A stretch of 64,000 bases of DNA from Candidatus Saccharimonadales bacterium (lineage in GTDB: Bacteria; Patescibacteriota; Saccharimonadia; Saccharimonadales; JANWIN01): NCBI GenBank assembly GCA_038231155.1, contig JBBRLY010000012.1, positions 64,645 through 128,644 of the forward strand. Reading direction: 5' to 3'. The notes below the pieces were generated by a model that was not told where the DNA came from, searched no databases, and saw nothing but the letters and a program-made list of their open reading frames with translations. Below, piece after piece: positions 43,037 to 52,552 of the stretch. Within the stretch, counting starts at the first letter, position 1. Every line of letters starts with the position of its first letter. The position numbers and the translations under genes are program-made.

Positions 43037-45584
43037 AACGCTTATGTTGCAGAGTTAGCTTATCTAACAGAGTTTCCTCGTCTTCCAATTGACGGCGCGT
43101 TTGATCAACCAAGGACTTTGGTGCCTGTTTAATGTAGGCTTTATTGCTTAGTCGACCTTTCAAGTGTTTAACATGCAGTTTTTGGTCTGCAATACGCTTT
43201 TTTAACTGTACTGAGTAACTATCTATAGTTTTTTTATCTATTGCTAGCCAAACCTGGTAGTTTGTCTGGGTTAGTTGGATTCCCTGCCCTTTATTTACTT
43301 TTGTCATAGTGCCAACCTTTAACAGACTCTTAATAAGCTCCTTATTAGCTTCTAATAATGGTGTAGGTAAATAAATCACTGGTGGGCTCTTTAGCTGCAG
43401 CTCGGTTTTTAAGTAACGAATCTCACTAACGATAGTTTTAATTTGCTCAAATTCTTTAGCGGCGGCTGCATCACCGGCTGTAGGTTTTGGCCAAGGACTT
43501 ACTGCCAATAGCTGACGGTCGCCAAAACCTAATTGTTGCCAGATAGTTTCAGTTACAAAAGGTGCAAATGGGTGAGCTAATTTTAAGACTGTCTGAAGTG
43601 AATAGGCTAAGACATCAGGATTTAAAGTCTGCTTGGATGCTTCTATGTACCAATCGGCTAAATCATCCCAAACGCTGTGATAGAGCTTGTCGTAAGCTTC
43701 CGCGAACCGATATTTGTCCAAATCAGCAGACATTACCTCTGTCAAGTGTTGTAATTTAGTCAATATCCAGTGATCAGCATTGCTATGAGGTTTAGGGCTA
43801 ACACTGGGTTCTTTATCTAACTTATCTTCAATATACCTAGCGATATTCCAAAGCTTATTGGCAAAGTTACGCCCAGCAATTGTTTTAGATTCATCGTAAG
43901 GCCGGTTAATCGCCGCGGCCCGGCCATCAATTAGTCCCAATCGCAGCGCATCAGTGCCATACTTTTGACGGATTCCAGCTGGGTCAACGACATTGCCAAC
44001 GCTTTTACTCATTTTGGAACCATCAGCGGCCAGTACATAGCCATGGATATAAACTTCCGTAAATGGCACCTGCCCAGTTACGTACAGCCCTAACATAATC
44101 ATGCGACTAACCCAGGGGTAAAGAATTTCACCACCAGTTTCCATCAAGTTGGTCGGATAGAACTGTTTAAAATCTGGACTGTGCAAAGGCGATAAGGTAG
44201 CGTAAGGCCATTGGCCACTACTAAACCAAGTATCAAATACATCCAAGTCGCGCCGGTAGGTTTTGCCACCAACGGTTATTTCCGGCTGCCCTACCCTTTC
44301 GTCATAAATCCAGTCGTCTGGGTCATCAACATTTTGAAAAGCCGGTATCGGAATACCCCAGGCAATTTGACGACTAATGTTCCAATCTTTCAAACCTTCT
44401 AAGTAACCAATTAATTGATTTTTCTTAACAGTCGGATAAAACTTAATTTTATCTTGCCTGAGCACTTTTATAGCACTCTCGGCTAATGGTTTCATATCTA
44501 TAAACCACTGATCTTTCAAAAGAGGCTGAATAATCGTGCCACATTTATAACAATGGCCGACGCTGTGGGTTATGGCTTCGGTTTTTACAAGTAACCCCTG
44601 CCCTTTTAGATGGTTGATAACTTCGGTACGGACGGCTTCCAATTTTTTACCGCGATAAGCTTCGCCGGCTTCAGTTGTAATCAGTCCTTCATGATCAATG
44701 ACAGAGATCATCGGTAAATCATGACGCCTGGCCACCTCAAAGTCATTAGGATCATGAGCTGGAGTAATCTTTAGGGCACCACTACCATATTTGATATCGA
44801 CATAGCTATCAGCAATGATTGGAATTTCTCGATTTGTCAGAGGTAATTTTACGGTTTTGCCAACAAACTGCTTATAACGTTTATCATTCGGATTGACGGC
44901 CACAGCCGTATCGCCGAGCATCGTTTCGGGACGGGTTGTAGCTACTACTAGCGAACCACTGCCATCTGTTAAAGGATATTTTATGTGCCATAAATGTCCC
45001 GGTTCTTCTCTATGTTCGACTTCAATATCGGCAAAGCTGGTCCCGTGAAAAGTACAAAAGTTAACTAAGCGTTCACCTCTATAGATCAAGCCCTCATCCC
45101 ACATCTGTTTAAAGGTGTCATTAACCCGGCGGGTAATTTTATCGTCAAGCGAGAAAGTAAAACGGGTCCAATCAACACTCGCGCCTAGCTCCCTAAACTG
45201 ATTTTCAAAAGTTTGCCTAAAACTAGCTACAAAGTCCCAAACTTGGCTGTATAACTGCTCACGCGTGAAATCAAAGCGACTCTTCCCCTGTTTAGCTAGC
45301 TCTTTTTCATAAACTACCCAAGTTTCAAAGCCGGCATGATCGGCGCCCGGTAGCCATAAAGCCTGCTTGCCCTTCATCCGCTGATAACGAGTCACTATAT
45401 CTTGTAAAGTTATAAATAGTACATGACCGATATGCAGTTTGCCATTGGCATTTGGCAAAGGCATCATAATCGTAAAACTGTCTTTATGACTTGCCTTTTT
45501 AGGGGTAAAAGCTCCAGATTTTTCCCATAGAGAATAAATCTTAGTTTCTTGTTTATTTGGTTCGTAAACTTTAGACAATTTCAA
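43029..45584 (-). CDS. valS: valine--tRNA ligase
   Basis: PNANGKLHIGHV (HIGH), KMSKSVGNV (KMSKS), 851 aa with C-terminal coiled coil; TTG start. Confidence 0.9.
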   Translation of the reverse strand: MKLSKVYEPNKQETKIYSLWEKSGAFTPKKASHKDSFTIMMPLPNANGKLHIGHVLFITLQDIVTRYQRMKGKQALWLPGADHAGFETWVVYEKELAKQGKSRFDFTREQLYSQVWDFVASFRQTFENQFRELGASVDWTRFTFSLDDKITRRVNDTFKQMWDEGLIYRGERLVNFCTFHGTSFADIEVEHREEPGHLWHIKYPLTDGSGSLVVATTRPETMLGDTAVAVNPNDKRYKQFVGKTVKLPLTNREIPIIADSYVDIKYGSGALKITPAHDPNDFEVARRHDLPMISVIDHEGLITTEAGEAYRGKKLEAVRTEVINHLKGQGLLVKTEAITHSVGHCYKCGTIIQPLLKDQWFIDMKPLAESAIKVLRQDKIKFYPTVKKNQLIGYLEGLKDWNISRQIAWGIPIPAFQNVDDPDDWIYDERVGQPEITVGGKTYRRDLDVFDTWFSSGQWPYATLSPLHSPDFKQFYPTNLMETGGEILYPWVSRMIMLGLYVTGQVPFTEVYIHGYVLAADGSKMSKSVGNVVDPAGIRQKYGTDALRLGLIDGRAAAINRPYDESKTIAGRNFANKLWNIARYIEDKLDKEPSVSPKPHSNADHWILTKLQHLTEVMSADLDKYRFAEAYDKLYHSVWDDLADWYIEASKQTLNPDVLAYSLQTVLKLAHPFAPFVTETIWQQLGFGDRQLLAVSPWPKPTAGDAAAAKEFEQIKTIVSEIRYLKTELQLKSPPVIYLPTPLLEANKELIKSLLKVGTMTKVNKGQGIQLTQTNYQVWLAIDKKTIDSYSVQLKKRIADQKLHVKHLKGRLSNKAYIKQAPKSLVDQTRRQLEDEETLLDKLTLQHKRFS

Positions 45585-45903
45585 ATTCTATCCCCATAGG
45601 CTATTTGGTCAATCTCAATAATCATAACACCTCATAGAAAAATGCGAAATAACAGAGGTAGATTTTTCACATGAAACGAGACAAATAAAAACCAAGGCTT
45701 GTCTATTTCAAAACCCTCGTCTCTAACTGCCACAACTGGTTTTTGCTTTTGGCGCAGTCCTGCATAACATATCTGTTAGACAGCGATACAGGACTGCCTT
45801 AGGATGTTTGTTTTCCCTGTTAGCATAGCACAAAGCATAAGCGTTGCAATATTGACAAAGCACAAGTATATTGCTATAATAGTAAATCTAAATAAAACTC
45901 TAT

Positions 45904-46557
45904 ATGACTAACTTAGAACCCCAGCCCCAAGAACCAAAATTTCCGGTAGATCCTGAACTATTAAGGGAAGTTTGCTTAGACAGTGATCGTTTACTAGCTG
46001 GCATAGTAAGTGACACAGACGTTTATCCTCCGGATGTTGCTGGTGAAGATTATATGGTAGCAGTCAAGGAGGCTTATTTTCCATTTAATAGGGGTAGTAG
46101 TGGCGGTGAAGTGTGGGTCAAACAAGCAGTTGATAATCTCGAAATAAACACCGAAGTTCATTTAATAACTCAGGATCCGGAACTATCAATTGGTGGCTAC
46201 GAAGTGCATGTATTTAATAATCTTGAAGTTACTCAAGAGCATAGCGGTAAATTGCTGAATGCCCACTTTGATGTTAGGCGAGAAGTTTCCGAAAAGGGTA
46301 GTCATCTAACTGGTGTTGTCGACCCTGATAAAAATTCTTCAAAAGAAGAATTAAAAGTATATAACCTGGATTGGGATAAGATTAAAGAAAAAATGCATCA
46401 AAGGCTTATCGAAAAGGAAGCTTTAAGAAGAATAGATCCTAAATCTTCAGATCAAAGAGTCCAAGAAATGCTAGATATATTAAAAATACTTGATATTGCT
46501 AATCGTACAATAGAGATTGGTACAGAAGACGTGCGAGACATTGATCTGCGTAATTAG
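45904..46557 (+). CDS. hypothetical acidic protein
   Basis: 217-aa ORF preceded by TTGACA-17-TATAAT about 25 nt upstream. Confidence 0.5.
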   Translation: MTNLEPQPQEPKFPVDPELLREVCLDSDRLLAGIVSDTDVYPPDVAGEDYMVAVKEAYFPFNRGSSGGEVWVKQAVDNLEINTEVHLITQDPELSIGGYEVHVFNNLEVTQEHSGKLLNAHFDVRREVSEKGSHLTGVVDPDKNSSKEELKVYNLDWDKIKEKMHQRLIEKEALRRIDPKSSDQRVQEMLDILKILDIANRTIEIGTEDVRDIDLRN

Positions 46558-47622
46558 CTACATACTTAAATTCGGTGCAATATCTAGGCTATAAGAGTTA
46601 GCAACTGATTGTTTTTGCATAGCTTTAAAACACCCCAGGGCCGCAACCATAGCACCGTTATCGGTGCACAGTTTGGGGTCAGTATATTCAATAGGCAAGG
46701 GTAGACGAGCAGATAGCTGTTGCCTAAGCTCCAGGTTAGCCGCCACCCCTCCGGCAATTACTACACTTTTAGGATTGAACTGCTGATAAGCAGTAAAAGT
46801 TTTATCTACTACCATTTCAACGGCAACACGTTGAAAACTAGCAGCAATATCGGCTCGTTGAGCCTCATTTAGAAGCTCTGCCAGCTTAAAACTCGGGAAA
46901 TCATAAGATTTACCACATAAAGACTGAACTTCACGCAAAACGGCTGTTTTAAGCCCAGAAAAGCTAAAGTCGTATTTAGCTTGAAGCTTTGCTTTAGGTA
47001 AACTTAAAAAATTAGGATTGCCGGCAACTGCCGCTTTGGCAATACTGGGACCGCCGGGGTAGGGCAGTCCAATAACTTTAGCAACTTTATCAAAAGCCTC
47101 GCCAATGGCATCATCATGAGTTTGACCGAGTAGTTCATATTTAAAATGATTTTTAAATAATACCAGTTGAGTATGCCCACCACTAACTATTAGAGCTAAC
47201 ATCAGAAAGCGTGGTTGTTTAGCTGGCAGATTATAGCTTTTGCTGGCTGCCGATTCAGTAATGAAGTTAGCGTAGACATGGCCTTCGACATGATTAACTG
47301 CGTACAAAGCTTTATTTTTAACGATTGCTAAAGTTCTGGCAGCTAAGACACCTACCAACAATGATCCACCTAAACCAGCACCGTAGGTTACAGCGATGCC
47401 ATCAAGACTAGGCCAATCAAGTTTAGATCTTGAAATAGCTTGGTCAATAACTGGAATAATTGCTTCAATTTGGGCGCGGGCAGCCACTTCTGGCACTATG
47501 CCCCCGTATTTAACATGCAAATCCATACTACTTGCTACGACGCTAGATAAAAGTCGCTGGCCATCTTCAACAATGGCTGCGGCTGTTTCATCACAACTGG
47601 TTTCAATGCCCAAAATTCTCAT
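46558..47622 (-). CDS. tsaD: tRNA N6-adenosine threonylcarbamoyltransferase
   Basis: MRILGIETSCDETAAA start, HVEGH metal site, Kae1/Gcp length. Confidence 0.9.
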   Translation of the reverse strand: MRILGIETSCDETAAAIVEDGQRLLSSVVASSMDLHVKYGGIVPEVAARAQIEAIIPVIDQAISRSKLDWPSLDGIAVTYGAGLGGSLLVGVLAARTLAIVKNKALYAVNHVEGHVYANFITESAASKSYNLPAKQPRFLMLALIVSGGHTQLVLFKNHFKYELLGQTHDDAIGEAFDKVAKVIGLPYPGGPSIAKAAVAGNPNFLSLPKAKLQAKYDFSFSGLKTAVLREVQSLCGKSYDFPSFKLAELLNEAQRADIAASFQRVAVEMVVDKTFTAYQQFNPKSVVIAGGVAANLELRQQLSARLPLPIEYTDPKLCTDNGAMVAALGCFKAMQKQSVANSYSLDIAPNLSM

Positions 47623-47644
47623 CCGCTACAGTATACTTTAGATA

Positions 47645-48946
47645 ATGGGTACTAGAGCAGTCGTAAAGAAATTTATTCCTAAAAAAGTTTTTAAAGTAGT
47701 GGAACCTTACGGTCATTTAACAGAGGCAGTTCTATTTAATACGCTATCCGGAATGCCAGCTCATAAGTTTAAAATTATTGGCGTTACCGGTACTAATGGA
47801 AAAACTACCACTTGTTTTTTAATTCACCGCATGTTGCATGAAGCTGGATTTAAAGTTGGCCTGATGACCACCGTCGGTTACGGGGTAGGTGAAGCAATTA
47901 AAGCCCAAGACGTACATATGACTACAGTACCGGTACCTATATTAATAAAGCGGTTTAAACAACTCAATCAAGATGGTGCTGAATGGCTAGTCATGGAAAC
48001 AACTTCCCACGCCTTAGCTCAACATCGAGTATGGGGCATGCCTTTTTATTTAGCCGTTTTAACTAACTTAACCCACGAGCATCTGGATTATCATGGTAGC
48101 TTTGAAAAATATCGCAGCGCTAAACTCAGATTATTTAATTTAGTAGCCAAAAACAGGGGTAGTTTAGGGGTCGGAGTAATAAATGCCGACGATCCTTCGG
48201 CGGCTGTTTTTGAAGCGGCAGCACCAAAGCCCCTAACTTACGGGATTAAAAACGGCGATATTCAGGCCATTAACATTAAGCAATCAGCAGATGGTAGCGA
48301 TTTTATGGTAAAGACTAGTAGTGGTGATTTACAACTTCGGGTTAACTTACCTGGACTTTTTAATATCTATAACAGCCTGGCGGCAGTTGGAGTAGGGCTG
48401 GCTCTAAATTTAAGTTCACAGCAAATAGAGCAGGGGATTGCTGCACTTAAGAGTGTACCTGGGCGTATGACTCGGATCGATGAAGGCCAAGCCTTTAATG
48501 TAATTGTCGACTATGCCGTGACACCTGATGCCCTAAAAAATGTTCTACAAACTACCCGTGAAATAACGCCTGGACGATTAATTCTGGTTTTTGGGGCAAC
48601 TGGAGATCGGGATAAAACTAAACGACCCCAGATGGGTCAGATTGCTGGTAAGTATGCCGATTTAATCTTTTTAACTGATGATGAAACTTATACTGAGGAT
48701 CCGGCTGCCATCCGCAAGGAAGTGTTTGAGGGTATCAAGGAAGTCGGTGACTCAAGCAAAACTCAAGAAGTGCAGGACCGCTTAAATGCCATTAAACAAG
48801 CCATAGAAAATGCTCAAAATGGCGATACCATACTTCTTACCGGTATTGGCCACCAAACTACCCGCAATATGGGCGGTAAAGAAGTTGCCTGGAACGAAAT
48901 TGAGATAATCCATAAGCTTTTAAAAGACAAAAAGCCATCTAACTAA
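47645..48946 (+). CDS. murE: Mur ligase, most like UDP-MurNAc-L-Ala-D-Glu:diamino-acid ligase (short N-domain)
   Basis: GVTGTNGKTTT P-loop, DYAVTPDAL, LTDDETYTEDP (cf. MurE DNPR.E.P). Confidence 0.7.
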   Translation: MGTRAVVKKFIPKKVFKVVEPYGHLTEAVLFNTLSGMPAHKFKIIGVTGTNGKTTTCFLIHRMLHEAGFKVGLMTTVGYGVGEAIKAQDVHMTTVPVPILIKRFKQLNQDGAEWLVMETTSHALAQHRVWGMPFYLAVLTNLTHEHLDYHGSFEKYRSAKLRLFNLVAKNRGSLGVGVINADDPSAAVFEAAAPKPLTYGIKNGDIQAINIKQSADGSDFMVKTSSGDLQLRVNLPGLFNIYNSLAAVGVGLALNLSSQQIEQGIAALKSVPGRMTRIDEGQAFNVIVDYAVTPDALKNVLQTTREITPGRLILVFGATGDRDKTKRPQMGQIAGKYADLIFLTDDETYTEDPAAIRKEVFEGIKEVGDSSKTQEVQDRLNAIKQAIENAQNGDTILLTGIGHQTTRNMGGKEVAWNEIEIIHKLLKDKKPSN

Positions 48947-49067
48947 CAGCTTGCAAGTTTGACAAGTTAGGATATAATAAAAATGATTTAATTGAGCATA
49001 AACACTTTTTGTGCTACTTAATTAATTCCGAATACGCTCCTTGAGCTAAACAGTTCGGACGTATTAG

Positions 49068-49751
49068 TACGTTGAGATTGTAGCTCCTTGGAAGTAATAA
49101 GCGCCGGTTATTAACGGACGTTTGTTACTTCCAAGGGGGGAAGTGAAAACAGGTTCAGGGATGATCATCCAACAAGAAGGGAAATACCCTGATGCGAAAC
49201 AGTGCTAAGGCACTCGAAGTCTCCGTAGCCGATGAAATCGGTGTCGAAGAAATCGAGTCTAAGCCACAACCCAAGCCTGGGACAAAGCGTCACAGCGACA
49301 CCTGGGCAAGACGGAACGGAAGAAGAGCAAAAGATCGCAAGCGCGACAGAAAGCTTCTGAGCAGTCAGAAAGCCAACAAGCGCCGGCGAGACTTCGGACT
49401 CAAGTTCGAACACCAGTATGTGCCTCTTCTCGTGACGTCGGGCGATCGTCTCAACGATCTGTTCGCACAACGCTGATCTTCCAGATCGCAAGCAACTCCA
49501 TGGATGGACTAGTAGAAAGGAGATGCCAACGCAAAGAGACCGTGCTTGATCGGATCGTAGACGGACCTGCAGCCTTCAATTGCATCGAACCATGCTGCAG
49601 ACGATGTACGTCTCTCTGATTGACCACTAAACTACGACAGACGCTGAGTCGACCGGGCCCCGCCCAAGAAATGTCCTGCAAAGGGATCGGTCGGCTCAGC
49701 GCGTCTGCTTCTCTCTATATCCCCATCCCCCCCAGCCGCAATCTCAACGTA
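49068..49751. other. 684-bp GC-enriched, TIR-bounded, hairpin-dense element (MITE-like or large ncRNA)
   Basis: Termini TACGTTGAGATTGTAGCT / AGCCGCAATCTCAACGTA (16/18 complementary); 12-bp perfect stem CCTTGGAAGTAA..TTACTTCCAAGG; ~16-bp stem GACGCTGAGTCGACCG..CGGTCGGCTCAGCGCGTC; sample lines 36/60 and 31/60 G+C versus 15/60 in the flank. Confidence 0.6.
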
Positions 49752-49805
49752 ATTTCACCCAAGTTATTTTAGGCAACCTAACATGGTTGTCTTTATATTT
49801 GAGGC

Positions 49806-49835
49806 TTGACAGCCACTTCAGATTTAAAGTAGTAT
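49806..49835 (+). promoter_or_regulatory. groESL promoter
   Basis: TTGACA - 18 nt - TAGTAT, just upstream of CIRCE. Confidence 0.6.
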
Positions 49836-49846
49836 TGATCTGAAAG

Positions 49847-49873
49847 TTAGCACTCTAACCATCAAAGTGCTAA
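49847..49873 (+). promoter_or_regulatory. CIRCE operator (HrcA-binding inverted repeat)
   Basis: TTAGCACTC-N9-AAGTGCTAA versus consensus TTAGCACTC-N9-GAGTGCTAA, 38 nt before groES ATG. Confidence 0.85.
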
Positions 49874-49911
49874 CACACAATCCAAGGGACTAATTTACAG
49901 GAGGAATACAA

Positions 49912-50178
49912 ATGAGCGTACCGGTTCAACCATTAGGTGACTTTGTAGTCGCCCAACAGCAAGCTGCCGAAACTAAAACGGCTAGCGGCCTATATTTACC
50001 CGACGCCGCTAAAGAAAAGCCTAAAGTAGCTAAGGTTTTAGCTGTTGGTAAAGAAGTTAAAGATCTTAAAGCTGGTGACAAGATTATCTACGGTGGCTAT
50101 AGCAACGAAGATATCAAAATTGAAGGCCAGGAATATATATTAATCAAGCAAGAAAACATCTTTGCAACCATTAAGTAA
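49912..50178 (+). CDS. groES: co-chaperonin GroES
   Basis: 88 aa, PLGDFVV..ASGLYLPD..GKEV..GDKIIY pattern; AGGAGGA SD. Confidence 0.95.
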   Translation: MSVPVQPLGDFVVAQQQAAETKTASGLYLPDAAKEKPKVAKVLAVGKEVKDLKAGDKIIYGGYSNEDIKIEGQEYILIKQENIFATIK

Positions 50179-50191
50179 GAGGAGGAATTAA

Positions 50192-51847
50192 ATGTCCAAG
50201 AAAGTATTTTATGATGATGATGCCCGTCGACGAGTATTAGCTGGCGCCGAGATTTTATATAACGCCGTGAAAACAACTTTGGGACCAAAAGGCCGTAACG
50301 TAGTAATAAGTAAGAGCTTTGGCGGACCTACGGTTACACATGACGGAGTAACAGTGGCCAAAGGCGTCGAAATTGCCGATGTTGATGATGAAACACTAGG
50401 TTACAAAGTCGGTGCCGAACTAATTAAGCAAGCGGCATCGAAGATGAATGATGTGGCTGGTGACGGTACTACAACCGTAACGATCTTGACCTACCATATT
50501 TTAAGTGAAGCTAATAAATTAATTGCCGCCGGTCATAATCCAATGTTACTGCGTAAAGGTCTAGAACAAGCCGCTCAAGAGGTTATGGCTAAACTATCGA
50601 CTATGTCCGAAGACATTAAAAGTAATCAGCAGCAAGTTGCTGAAGTTGCAACCATCAGTGCTGGAGATGCCGAAATAGGCAACCTAATAGCCGATGTTAT
50701 CGACAAGGTTGGCAAAGATGGAGTTGTAACAGTTGAAGAAGGTCAAAGCTTAAAACTGGAAAGTGAAGTCGTCGAAGGTTTTACCATGGACCGCGGATTT
50801 ATAAGCGCCTATATGGTAACCGATCCTACGCGCATGGAAGCCGTATACGATAAGCCAGCGATTGTTGTTACTGATAAAAAAATCACATCGATTCAAGAAT
50901 TCTTACCGCTTTTGGAAAAACTAGCCCAAGCTGGTAAAAAAGATTTGGTGTTAATAGCAGAAGACGTAGAAGGCGAAGCTCTAGCTACTTTAGTACTTAA
51001 CCGCCTAAAGGGGGTCTTTAACACCGTAGCAGTTAAGGCTCCGGCTTTTGGTGATCGTCGTCAAGACGTTTTAGAAGACATTGCCGTGCTAACTGGCGGA
51101 ACGGTTATTAGTGAAGACCGAGGCTACACTTTTGAAAATACTGAACTGGAGATGATTGGTAACGCCCGTAAAGTCATTGTCACCAAAGATGACACCACTA
51201 TTATTGAAGGTAGCGGTGCTTCAACTGCAGTTAAAGCTCGCATCAGCCAAATAAATGAGCAAATCAAACAGGCGACCAGTGAATATGATCGAGAAAATTT
51301 GGAAAAGCGCCGAGCTGCCTTGCAGGGCAAAGTAGCGGTTATAAAAGTTGGTGGAGCTACTGAAACCGAAATTGAAGAGAAGAAATTTAGAGTTGATGAC
51401 GCCGTAAACGCCGTTAAAGCGGCCTTAGAAGAAGGCATTGTAGCCGGTGGTGGCGTAACCTTAGTTAACCTTATTTCAGCTATAAACTTGAAAATTGGAA
51501 GCGATAAATCGATTAGTGCCGGCCGGGATATTTTAAGAAGTGCTTTAGAACAGCCATTTAGAATCTTACTTGCCAACGCTGGCATTAACCCTGACGCCTG
51601 GTTACCTAAAATTATGGATGCTAAACAGGGACAGGGTGTAGATGTAAATAACCCGACCGAACTAGTTGACTTGAAAAAAGCCGGTATTGTCGACCCATCT
51701 AGGGTCACTAAAGAGGCTATTCAAAACGCGGTATCGATTGCCGCCACAGCTAGTACCATGGGTGCCTTAGTGACTGATGTACCAGAAAAGCAATCACCAA
51801 TGCCAATGCCTGGCGGAGGCGGCATGGATATGGGCGGAATGATGTAG
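50192..51847 (+). CDS. groEL: chaperonin GroEL
   Basis: AGDGTTT, VEEG, GGG(V)..., C-terminal GGM repeat tail. Confidence 0.97.
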   Translation: MSKKVFYDDDARRRVLAGAEILYNAVKTTLGPKGRNVVISKSFGGPTVTHDGVTVAKGVEIADVDDETLGYKVGAELIKQAASKMNDVAGDGTTTVTILTYHILSEANKLIAAGHNPMLLRKGLEQAAQEVMAKLSTMSEDIKSNQQQVAEVATISAGDAEIGNLIADVIDKVGKDGVVTVEEGQSLKLESEVVEGFTMDRGFISAYMVTDPTRMEAVYDKPAIVVTDKKITSIQEFLPLLEKLAQAGKKDLVLIAEDVEGEALATLVLNRLKGVFNTVAVKAPAFGDRRQDVLEDIAVLTGGTVISEDRGYTFENTELEMIGNARKVIVTKDDTTIIEGSGASTAVKARISQINEQIKQATSEYDRENLEKRRAALQGKVAVIKVGGATETEIEEKKFRVDDAVNAVKAALEEGIVAGGGVTLVNLISAINLKIGSDKSISAGRDILRSALEQPFRILLANAGINPDAWLPKIMDAKQGQGVDVNNPTELVDLKKAGIVDPSRVTKEAIQNAVSIAATASTMGALVTDVPEKQSPMPMPGGGGMDMGGMM

Positions 51848-51978
51848 CAGCACTGGTAACAAACCAGCCTGCGTCGTTACATTCAAGTATCCTTAGCACA
51901 AGCGTTCTATCATCTATCAGATCATTGCAAAATAAGCCACAATGTACTATTGTAGGCTTATAAACTAGGAGTTGTTTT

Positions 51979-52548
51979 ATGTGGCCGTTTAATCGCCGCA
52001 AAAAATCTTTAGAGGCTAACCAGGAAATGCCGCCAGAGGTTAAAAGGTTTTATGAAAGCGAGCACCGCGAAAGAACTGGTCTGGCTTGGGTAATTGCCTT
52101 TGTATCTTTAGTTGTAACAATAGCGGTAATTATTGGCTTATTCTTTGGGGGCAGGTGGGCTTACCGCAAAATTGCCCATACCGGCAATAAAACTACGGCC
52201 ACTAAGCAAACTACTAAAACTACCACTAAAACAACCCAACCAGCAGCTACAAACCAGCCTGCCAAGTCCAGCTCTCAAGCTGCAAACGGCCAATCACAAG
52301 CAAATGGCTCCCAACCAACGCCTTCGACCTCAACTCCTAATAATGCAACTAAACCTACTACGCCAACTCCAACAGCAACTACCCCATCACCCACTCCTAG
52401 TACTACAACCCCAACCTCAACGCCAAATAAGCTTTCTAACACCGGTCCTGGCAATACCTTAGCTATTTTTGCTATTGTAAGCCTGGTAGGAGCCCTAGCT
52501 CACTCCAGCTTCTTACGTTTCAAACAAGCTAAGAACTTCAAGATCTAG
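51979..52548 (+). CDS. Thr/Pro-rich surface protein with N-terminal TM and C-terminal LPXTG-like (LSNTG) sorting signal
   Basis: KLSNTGPGNTLAIFAIVSLVGALA + basic tail FLRFKQAKNFKI is the tripartite sortase signal. Confidence 0.6.
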   Translation: MWPFNRRKKSLEANQEMPPEVKRFYESEHRERTGLAWVIAFVSLVVTIAVIIGLFFGGRWAYRKIAHTGNKTTATKQTTKTTTKTTQPAATNQPAKSSSQAANGQSQANGSQPTPSTSTPNNATKPTTPTPTATTPSPTPSTTTPTSTPNKLSNTGPGNTLAIFAIVSLVGALAHSSFLRFKQAKNFKI

Positions 52549-52552
52549 CAGA

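Noticed and set aside
45585-45903. T-box or attenuator leader upstream of valS
   Set aside because: A 9-bp hairpin (GCAGTCCTG/CAGGACTGC) and a weak terminator-like stem exist on the valS strand. I could not find the T-box sequence (..GGGTGGTACCGCG..) or a specifier-loop arrangement.
45581-46501. Apparent 1-nt disagreement between my hand count of the printed sequence and the ORF-track frames (valS start, ORF 45904, junction near 46500)
   Set aside because: Most likely my own counting or reading error in homopolymer runs. ORF-track coordinates were used, and hand-derived coordinates are flagged as +/-1-2 nt.
49186-49200. Hammerhead-ribozyme-like CTGATG..CGAAAC in the 684-bp element
   Set aside because: The two core boxes are directly adjacent with no stem II, and no matching cleavage-site helix was found.
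49165-49491. ORFs 49192-49476 (+) and 49165-49491 (-) inside the structured element as real genes
   Set aside because: They are mutually overlapping on opposite strands. The translations are Arg/Lys-rich or low-complexity, there is no SD, and the region is dominated by RNA-like hairpins.
51124-52462. Antisense ORF inside groEL (51124-51708), ORF 51750-52001 and alternate-frame ORF 52133-52462
   Set aside because: They overlap the unambiguous groEL gene and the LSNTG protein gene, and their translations are low-complexity.
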